From positions 19,277-83,276 of the forward strand of contig MHJY01000005.1 of the NCBI GenBank assembly GCA_001818235.1: a DNA stretch of 64,000 nt. The letters run 5' to 3'. The notes under the pieces were generated by a model. The model saw nothing but the letters and a program-made list of their open reading frames with translations, made no database searches and was not told where the DNA came from. This stretch comes from Candidatus Jacksonbacteria bacterium RIFOXYB2_FULL_44_15 (GTDB lineage: Bacteria > Patescibacteriota > Patescibacteriia > UBA9629). This document shows positions 57,028-64,000 of this stretch, in pieces; within the stretch, counting starts at the first letter, position 1; every line of letters starts with the position of its first letter. Both the position numbers and the translations under genes were made by a program.

Positions 57028-57051
57028 AACATTTTTCACAATCCGTATAAA

Positions 57052-58833
57052 CTACGTCGGAGAGACCTTGCCGTCTCTTTGCGACATGTTATAACGCTCT
57101 AGCAACGCACGGCGGTATTGCGTCGTTTCCTCGGCAGTGAACGCATCACCATTGATCACTGACGAAAAGACCGTCCATAGCTCTGGCGCCGCCTCGATTT
57201 TGTGCGACAACCGACTCGCCATCCGCCGCCCAAATGGTGTGCCAGGTAGAGGACTGGTACAGAAAAGCGAGAAGTTAACGCGCGTTTTACTACCGCGAGT
57301 AATTTTGTACAGCACTTCCAGATTTTGCTCCAGTCTGGCGCGATTTACCGCCGATTCCTCGGGCGCGCCAATCATAACCGCTAGATTCAGAAACGGTATC
57401 TCTGTTTCTAACAAATGTTTGATTATATTTGACGCTTCGGGTGTATGCAAGCGATCAAGTTTCGTTAAACGACTTTCTCGTAAAAGAGAATCTTCTAAAG
57501 GTAGTAACAACCGATGCGCACCGGAAAAACATATTTCATCATGAGAGTTCCAAAAAAGTGCTTCGAACAACTCTTTTTTTACCTTTCCGTTACGATCAGT
57601 TAACCGTTGTGTTTCCAAACCCACCGGGAACTCCCACGCGACATTTTGATCACGCATGTAGTTGAATATCGCAATCAACTCTGATGGCCGACGTAACAGT
57701 AAATTATCATCGCTGATCATAAAGAGTTGGCAACCTGCTTGAATATAATGATCGAAGTGTCGAATAACTTCCGAAACTGGCAATCGCCAGAGCTGTGTAT
57801 TTGCCTCGGTACAATATTCACACACACCGCTACAGCCGCGGGACGTTTCAAAGTATGCCGCAAATCCATTTTTTGATATGATTCCTGAAACAATTGGACC
57901 GCCGCCACTTTCAGTATAGCGGGTCTGATCAAAGCCGATCAGCTTGAAATCGAATAATTGTGGTCGGAAAGTACGGTTAATTCCGCCAAGAATTTTTCGA
58001 TCATTCGGTTGGATACCTCTACTTAGAGCAGAAAAAAAATTTGACAGTGCTACATCTCCATCACCTATACCGATATAGTCGGCGCCAGCCTTGAAGTAAA
58101 ATTTATGCCGCTCTGGGGTGCCAGCATCACGACCGCCGACAAGAATTAAAGCAGTAGGATGCGATTTTTTGATAATCCGCATCACTGTTGCAATACTATT
58201 TGCTTCGGCCGTGAAATTCGCGGTCAAAACAAATACATTTGCATCAGTGTTCATGATTCGCGTGGAGTAATCGCCAACAAGGTGGCGAGTTAACATCATC
58301 TCACCGTACTTGATTGGCGGCAAATATTCATCACCAATCTGGTCTCGCCATTTAGTTGAATCATCGAGACTTCGTAAATCGAGTAACTTGACTTTAAAGT
58401 CCTCCTGCAAGCAAGACGCTAACGCAACCTGACTTTGCGGCCAGGTATTAGTTCGAACAGGATTAAATGGCACATTGCCATTCAATAAAACTGGACATGG
58501 TTGAACGACCAACGCGATCCTCAGTTTTTTATTGTCCAGTCTGATAATTGCACACATAGTCCAGCTTTCGTGCCCGATGGCTTGAAAATTTACCGATCCC
58601 TTTGCAGAAATTGGTTTATTTTCGGTAGCCATCTGTTTGACAATATCAGGAGTTTGTGTAATCCACCAATTTTCTCGTTGCATCCGAGGGTCAACGATAA
58701 AATGAAATTTATGATCTTTTGGATTATATTCCAAACAATCGTCAAAATCATTGTAATGCCAGTTAGGCACTGGCGGATTGATATTAACTAGAAACAAAAA
58801 CAAAATAAGCAATACTATCACTATTCGCTTCAT
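57052..58833 (-). CDS. B12-binding radical SAM protein with hydrophobic N-terminal extension
   Basis: ILVGG..G, GDGD, ETSRGCSGVCEYC (CxxxCxxC), DDNL, PLPGT; AGGAGG precedes ATG 58833. Confidence 0.85.
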   Translation of the reverse strand: MKRIVIVLLILFLFLVNINPPVPNWHYNDFDDCLEYNPKDHKFHFIVDPRMQRENWWITQTPDIVKQMATENKPISAKGSVNFQAIGHESWTMCAIIRLDNKKLRIALVVQPCPVLLNGNVPFNPVRTNTWPQSQVALASCLQEDFKVKLLDLRSLDDSTKWRDQIGDEYLPPIKYGEMMLTRHLVGDYSTRIMNTDANVFVLTANFTAEANSIATVMRIIKKSHPTALILVGGRDAGTPERHKFYFKAGADYIGIGDGDVALSNFFSALSRGIQPNDRKILGGINRTFRPQLFDFKLIGFDQTRYTESGGGPIVSGIISKNGFAAYFETSRGCSGVCEYCTEANTQLWRLPVSEVIRHFDHYIQAGCQLFMISDDNLLLRRPSELIAIFNYMRDQNVAWEFPVGLETQRLTDRNGKVKKELFEALFWNSHDEICFSGAHRLLLPLEDSLLRESRLTKLDRLHTPEASNIIKHLLETEIPFLNLAVMIGAPEESAVNRARLEQNLEVLYKITRGSKTRVNFSLFCTSPLPGTPFGRRMASRLSHKIEAAPELWTVFSSVINGDAFTAEETTQYRRALLERYNMSQRDGKVSPT

Positions 58834-58983
58834 GCTGATCCTCCTGTTAAAATTGCAGTTTTTTTGACAAAGACCTAGAGTTAATAAGATACCATAAAAT
58901 ATATAAAAAATCAATAGAAACAGGTAATGTGCAGACACATATGGCGGTTTTTGCTTAAATTGCCTCGCAGACTAGCTATTTTA

Positions 58984-60243
58984 CTAGCAACTATTCCCAG
59001 CGACGAAGCCGGTGGTCCAGCAAAGCTGTAAGCTGTAGCCGCCAGAAGGCCGGTCAATATTCAAAACATCGCCGACGAGATACAGATTTGGTATGAGGCG
59101 AGATTGCATAGTTTTAAAATTGATTTCTTCCAGCTCGACGCCGCCTGAGGAAGCGATCGCTTTGTCTGCCCCGAGCAGTCCTTTTACGTGCAGAGGAATT
59201 TCTTTAAAGAGCGTGATTAATTTTTTCCGGTCAACACTTGGCACACTGTGATTCGGCGTGTCGCCATTCACTTTTGCAAGTGTGAGTAATTCGTGCACCA
59301 AGGCAGTAGGCATAAGTTTAGCGAGTGTATTGGCTAATTTTTTATTACTGTCATCAACGAAAAGATTTTGAAGTTTAATTTTTAACGCACCATGATCAAA
59401 ATTCGGAAACAGATCAAGGGCGATAGTAACCTCGCCGTTTTTTAACAATTCACCGATTTCTTTGCTCATATTAAGCACGGTCGGTCCGCTAATGCCGAAA
59501 TGGGTGAACAGCAGGCTGCCTTTGTAAATTTTTTGTTTTTTATTGTTTTGAAAAGTAGTTAGTTTAACATCATCCAGTGTCACTCCGCTGATTTTTTTTG
59601 TCCACGCATCTGCCAATTCTATCGGCACCAGCGCGACATCAGTATCAATTATCAAGTGTCCTAATTTGCGGAGCCACAGAAATGCTTCGCCGGTTGAACC
59701 GGTTTCCGGATGTGAATTGCCGCCAGTAGCTAGGATGCAGGCGCGCGTTTCCAGCGCTTGGCCGTCAGCCAACTTGATAGTGATATGTGCAGAAGCCGCA
59801 GAACTAAATATACCGGCAACTGTTTGGCCGGATTGTAGCTCAACATTTCCTTCTTTTAAATAATCAACTAACACCTCAAGAATTGATTGCGCTTTATCCG
59901 AAACCGGGAAAACTCTACCTTCGTCTTCAATTTTTGTCGCCAAGCCGCGCTTATTAAAGAAATCAAGCGTATCTTTAACATTAAACTGCGCGAAAGCGGA
60001 AAAAAGAAACTTGTCGCTGTCTTTATACCGAGCGAGCATGGTCCGCGTTTCCGGACAATTGTTCGTCACGTTACAGCGTCCGCCGCCGGTCAGCAGAAGT
60101 TTTTTGCCAAGGGTCGGATTCTTTTCGAGCAGTAAAACTTTTTTCCCTCGCTCCCCGGCTCTCCCAGCGGCCATCATCCCAGCCGGGCCTGCGCCGATAA
60201 CAACAACGTCCCAGAGCATTTTTTTTTGTTGGTTAGCTTTCAT
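58984..60243 (-). CDS. HI0933/YhiN-family flavoprotein
   Basis: GAGPAGMMAA, TGGGRCNVTN, LFTHFGISGP, GGYSLQ. Confidence 0.93.
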   Translation of the reverse strand: MKANQQKKMLWDVVVIGAGPAGMMAAGRAGERGKKVLLLEKNPTLGKKLLLTGGGRCNVTNNCPETRTMLARYKDSDKFLFSAFAQFNVKDTLDFFNKRGLATKIEDEGRVFPVSDKAQSILEVLVDYLKEGNVELQSGQTVAGIFSSAASAHITIKLADGQALETRACILATGGNSHPETGSTGEAFLWLRKLGHLIIDTDVALVPIELADAWTKKISGVTLDDVKLTTFQNNKKQKIYKGSLLFTHFGISGPTVLNMSKEIGELLKNGEVTIALDLFPNFDHGALKIKLQNLFVDDSNKKLANTLAKLMPTALVHELLTLAKVNGDTPNHSVPSVDRKKLITLFKEIPLHVKGLLGADKAIASSGGVELEEINFKTMQSRLIPNLYLVGDVLNIDRPSGGYSLQLCWTTGFVAGNSC

Positions 60244-60244
60244 A

Positions 60245-60814
60245 CTAAAAAATCATTTCGTCCAGCAAGGCCGTTACCCCGATTTTCTTTTTCGCGGAAT
60301 AAGGAATAACCAGATGCCCGCCGATCACCTCTTGAATGTTCTCCAGCTGGCTTTCGTACTCTGATTTTTTGATTTTGTCTATTTTATTCGCGACGACAAT
60401 AATATTTTTTTTATATTTTTCCAAGCAACGGAGTATTTCCAAGTCATTTTCTTGCGGGCCGATGTGTGCATCAATAATCAATACTATTTTTTCCTGGATG
60501 TACGGCGAGGTGAACAAGTACCAGTTAATCAATTGTTCTAATCTGTCACGCAAGGCTTTCGATGTCCTGGTAAATCCATATCCCGGCAGATCGACTAAGT
60601 AGAACGAGTTATTTATTAAAAAAAGGTTAATTTCCTGCGTGCGCCCGGGAAAGGAACTGGTGCGAGCCAAAGCCTTTCGCTCCACCAAAGAATTGATGAC
60701 CGAAGACTTGCCGACATTGGAACGCCCGATAAAAGCAATCTGCGGTTTGCCGTCATCAAGGATCTCGTTAGTTCCGACGACGCCTTTTATAAATTTTGCC
60801 GAGGATATTTTCAT
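60245..60814 (-). CDS. engB: Ribosome biogenesis GTPase YihA/YsxC
   Basis: GRSNVGKSS, PGRTQ, DLPGYG, NKID. Confidence 0.95.
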   Translation of the reverse strand: MKISSAKFIKGVVGTNEILDDGKPQIAFIGRSNVGKSSVINSLVERKALARTSSFPGRTQEINLFLINNSFYLVDLPGYGFTRTSKALRDRLEQLINWYLFTSPYIQEKIVLIIDAHIGPQENDLEILRCLEKYKKNIIVVANKIDKIKKSEYESQLENIQEVIGGHLVIPYSAKKKIGVTALLDEMIF

Positions 60815-60834
60815 AAATTTTTTTGAATGTTTGA

Positions 60835-62304
60835 TTACAGCGCGCCTAAATCAATAATATCATCAATCTGAATTTTAGAAACAAAATCAGGAATATGGCT
60901 GACGAGAATCAGCGCGCCTTTGTACGCGTCGAGTGCTGACGCGATCACCGGCAAATGGCGGAAATTGATGTGATTTGTCGGCTCATCAAGAATTATCAAG
61001 CCTGGTTTCATCAAGACTAAGCGCGCGAAAGCCAGCAGTCCTTTTTGACCTTCGGATAACATTTTGATTTTGCTCGCCAGCGTTTTTCCGTCGAGCAGAA
61101 ATCCGGCGGCCACTGACCGGAGCTGTTGTTCGTCTTTCTCGGCCATGACTTCTTCCAGGCTGTTATAGGCTGTTTGCTCAAAATCCAGCATCGAGAAATC
61201 TTGTCGATAATAACCAGTCTTGATGTCCGGGCCAATTGTCGCCCCAGTCGCTTTGCCGGCAACGATCTTCTCGAGTAAAGTACTTTTTCCGATACCGTTC
61301 GGCCCGGCGATTAAAAGATGCGATCCCCGGCGCAAAACTAAATTGACGTCCTTGGTAACCGGCTGGCCGTTTTTAATAATGCCAACTTGCGGCAGGGAAA
61401 TTACCGTGCCGTTGAAACTGGCCGGAAATTCCTGAACCGGAATGTCGAAACTGCGAATCGTTTTGTCCTCGCGGCGCACGTCAACTCTGCTTTCTTCCAT
61501 ATCATCCGCGGCATATTCACGCATACGTTTGGCGACCGCGCGTAACTTGCCGCCCTTATGCGCGAACACTTCTGCCTGCGCTTTCTTTTTTTTGATTTCC
61601 GTTTCTGCCCGGGCGTTCTGCTGGCGCTCGCGCTCGATCCGATCGGCAATTTCCGCAACAACATCAAGATAATTACCAATATATTTTTCAATTTTATGCG
61701 TATGAACATCAAGATATAAGACGGTGTCGGTAAAACAATTAAGGAATTCCGCGTCATGGGAGATGATGATCAGGGTTTTATCATATTCCAAAAGATAGCC
61801 CATCAGGTGATTGATGCCGGTTTCGTCAAGGTTATTAGTCGGTTCATCCAGCAAAAGAATATCAGGATCCTGAATCAGCGCGTAGGCCAGTAATAATCGC
61901 GCCTGTTGGCCGCCGGAATGCGCGCTGACTTTTTTTGTCAAAACCGTTGTTACGTTGACGGCATTAAGGACATCATTGATGCGCTTATCAAGATTGTACG
62001 GTTTTTCCGCGAACGTCGTGGCAAACCAGTCGCGGACAGTCAGCTCCATTTGTTCCGGCGGGATGACTTGCTTGGCGATGCCGATGGTCGCGTCAGACGG
62101 TGTAACGAAGATGCCGCCTTTATTTAATTTGACTTCACCTAAGATCAATTTAAAGAGCGTTGACTTGCCTGCTCCGTTTTGGCCCATGAGCGCGACTTTC
62201 GCGCCGTTGCGTACGCCAAAACTAACCTCATCTAAGACAGGCTTACTTTCGACATAACTAAATTTCGCGTCGCTAAAACGCAATACAATGGTATCGTTCG
62301 CCAT
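60835..62304 (-). CDS. ABC-F family ATPase
   Basis: Two NBDs (GQNGAGKST/SGGQ/LDEPTN; GPNGIGKST/SEGQ/LDEPTNH), helical linker, no TM segments. Confidence 0.93.
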   Translation of the reverse strand: MANDTIVLRFSDAKFSYVESKPVLDEVSFGVRNGAKVALMGQNGAGKSTLFKLILGEVKLNKGGIFVTPSDATIGIAKQVIPPEQMELTVRDWFATTFAEKPYNLDKRINDVLNAVNVTTVLTKKVSAHSGGQQARLLLAYALIQDPDILLLDEPTNNLDETGINHLMGYLLEYDKTLIIISHDAEFLNCFTDTVLYLDVHTHKIEKYIGNYLDVVAEIADRIERERQQNARAETEIKKKKAQAEVFAHKGGKLRAVAKRMREYAADDMEESRVDVRREDKTIRSFDIPVQEFPASFNGTVISLPQVGIIKNGQPVTKDVNLVLRRGSHLLIAGPNGIGKSTLLEKIVAGKATGATIGPDIKTGYYRQDFSMLDFEQTAYNSLEEVMAEKDEQQLRSVAAGFLLDGKTLASKIKMLSEGQKGLLAFARLVLMKPGLIILDEPTNHINFRHLPVIASALDAYKGALILVSHIPDFVSKIQIDDIIDLGAL

Positions 62305-62312
62305 TACTCATC

Positions 62313-62341
62313 AGCTTACTCGATAATGGCGGATTTGACAA
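62313..62341 (-). promoter_or_regulatory. Candidate sigma70 promoter giving a near-leaderless ABC-F transcript
   Basis: TTGTCA-N17-TAAGCT ending 8 nt before the ATG. Confidence 0.4.
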
Positions 62342-62436
62342 TGGGGAGGATGGCGCATTACTCGCCTCACCGCTTGACATTATCAGTTATATATTTTGAA
62401 TAAAGCGAGCTTTGGTGATTGTGGATAAGGCTACTT

Positions 62437-62465
62437 TTGATTTTCGGTGGATTTTCGGGTATAAT
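62437..62465 (+). promoter_or_regulatory. Sigma70 promoter of the lexA fusion with an embedded direct repeat
   Basis: TTGATT-N17-TATAAT; GATTTTCGG at 62439-62447 and 62450-62458. Confidence 0.65.
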
Positions 62466-62526
62466 AAATTCAATATATCATTACTATTTTTTTAGTCAAT
62501 AAATAACTTACTAAAGTTACCCACAT

Positions 62527-64000
62527 ATGCACACACCCACTAAAAAACAAAAACAAATTTTAGATTTCATCACCTCTTACATAAACAAGCATGGCATATC
62601 CCCTACCATAGAGGAAATGTCTAAACACTTCAAACGTGCAGTTGGTACGATTCATGAACACGTAGAAGAATGCGTAAAAAAAGGATGCATTAAAAAAAAT
62701 AGTAATTCTTCGCGCGGCATTGAATTATACAAACAATTCGAAATGATAAAAATTCCGTTGTTGGGCACTATTACCGCCGGCCAACCCATCGAAGCAGTAC
62801 AGGAAAAAGAAACAATCGCCATCGCTAAAGATCGATTGCCGCATTCTGGCAGCTTTTTTGCTTTAAAAGTTACTGGCGATAGTATGATTGAAGAAAATAT
62901 TGCAGATGGTGATTATGTAATTGTAAAACAACAAACAACGGCCGAAAATGGGCAAAAGATTGTGGCACTTATAAACGATAATGATGCAACTTTAAAAAAA
63001 TTTTATAGAGAAAATAACAATATACGATTACAACCTGCAAATCAAAAATTTCAGCCTATTTTTGTTAAACCAGAAAATTTTAAAATCCAGGGTGTCGTTG
63101 TAGATATAATTAAAAACACAAAATTTCAACCAAATGTTATTTTTAAAAAGGAAGAAACCACAGCAACCAAAACCAAAGGGTCCTATAATTTTGAGGATAT
63201 CAAAAGGCTACTAGGCAAACCATATTTTGAAACAGACAATTGTTTTATTTATAACGTGGATTGTTTAAGTGCGATGAAGAAAATTGAAAGAGAAGCCATC
63301 GACCTAACAGTTACAAGTCCTCCGTATAATATCGGAAAGGAATATGAAACCGATAAACCTATACAAGAATATATAGATTGGTGCAAACAATGGATGAATG
63401 AAGTATACGGAATCACAAAACAAAATGGCTCGTTCTGGCTAAATTTAGGTTATTTTGAATTTCCTCAAAAAGCAAAAGCCCTCCCCATTACCTATCTATT
63501 ATGGGATAAAACTCCATTTTATTTAATTCAAGAAGTTGTCTGGAATTATGGCGCCGGAGTGGCAGCGAAGAAATTTTTATCTCCACGCAATGAAAAATTT
63601 CTTTGGTACGTGAAAAATCGAGAAAATTATTTATTTAATCTTGATAATATAAGAGATAAAAATGTTAAATATCCCAACCAAAAGAAAAATGGCAGACTAA
63701 GATGTAATCCGCTTGGCAAAAATCCCTCAGATGTGTGGCAGATACAAAAAGTTACATCTGGTAAAGATAGGAGCTCAAAAGAAAGAACTGAACACCCAGC
63801 ACAGTTTCCCGAGGCTTTAATTGATAGGATCATTTTAGCATCGAGTAACAAAAAAGAAGTCATATTAGACCCCTTCTTAGGTTCTGGCACTTCTGCCATC
63901 TCTGCTTTAAAGAATGAAAGAAAGATTATTGGCTTTGAAATTTCAAAAAAATATTGTGGGATCGCCGAACAAAGAATAATAAAGTTACTAGAAAATCAGA
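62527..64000 (+). CDS. lexA: LexA repressor fused in frame to a beta-class N4-C/N6-A DNA methyltransferase (runs off right edge)
   Basis: Manual translation, 491 codons with no stop: wHTH (KQKQILDFI..GISPTIEE..SRGI), TAGQP cleavage site, GDSM and ATLKK dyad; then TSPPYN, HPAQFP, LDPFLGSGTS. Confidence 0.92.
   Translation, partial: MHTPTKKQKQILDFITSYINKHGISPTIEEMSKHFKRAVGTIHEHVEECVKKGCIKKNSNSSRGIELYKQFEMIKIPLLGTITAGQPIEAVQEKETIAIAKDRLPHSGSFFALKVTGDSMIEENIADGDYVIVKQQTTAENGQKIVALINDNDATLKKFYRENNNIRLQPANQKFQPIFVKPENFKIQGVVVDIIKNTKFQPNVIFKKEETTATKTKGSYNFEDIKRLLGKPYFETDNCFIYNVDCLSAMKKIEREAIDLTVTSPPYNIGKEYETDKPIQEYIDWCKQWMNEVYGITKQNGSFWLNLGYFEFPQKAKALPITYLLWDKTPFYLIQEVVWNYGAGVAAKKFLSPRNEKFLWYVKNRENYLFNLDNIRDKNVKYPNQKKNGRLRCNPLGKNPSDVWQIQKVTSGKDRSSKERTEHPAQFPEALIDRIILASSNKKEVILDPFLGSGTSAISALKNERKIIGFEISKKYCGIAEQRIIKLLENQ

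Noticed and set aside
62305-62526. Replication origin
   Set aside because: Only two DnaA-like boxes, with no dnaA/dnaN or clear unwinding element; treated as promoter features
63627-63899. 90-aa - strand ORF in the track
   Set aside because: Antisense to the methyltransferase domain of the LexA fusion
1-64000. CRISPR array
   Set aside because: No run of equal-length repeats separated by unique spacers; the palindromes are dispersed, and no cas genes are present

Overview
Bacterial chromosome segment that is very likely from Patescibacteria/CPR (inferred): the S10-spc ribosomal operon lacks rpmD/L30, several r-proteins carry long charged extensions, and the genetic code is standard code 11. 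Contents in order: (1) a GT4/GH130 pair; (2) a three-gene methylase-nuclease-methylase island beside tRNA-Pro(CGG); (3) pyrK/pyrC; (4) a + strand block of aminoacyl-tRNA synthetases and lipoprotein cyclophilins ending at a Xer recombinase with an 11-6-11 dif-like site; (5) a long, mostly - strand block with aspS, a helicase-nuclease, the ribosomal operon, tuf, pheA, tatD, murA, parA, dinD, a B12 radical SAM enzyme and an ABC-F protein; (6) an ORF absent from the supplied track because it runs off the right edge, encoding LexA fused in frame to a DNA methyltransferase. Most notable: a layered family of tiny palindromic elements and 7-bp tandem arrays that nest in each other, often add a multiple of 3 bp, and sit in frame inside housekeeping genes (tatD, miaA, pyrC, the helicase, pheS, GT4); the LexA-MTase fusion with a candidate direct-repeat operator in its promoter; a LysRS-HD fusion; a prephenate dehydratase fused to a permuted AroQ-gamma-like chorismate mutase; and an EVE/PUA-like PD-(D/E)XK nuclease between two methylases. 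Family assignments come from motif recognition by eye; no database searches were run.
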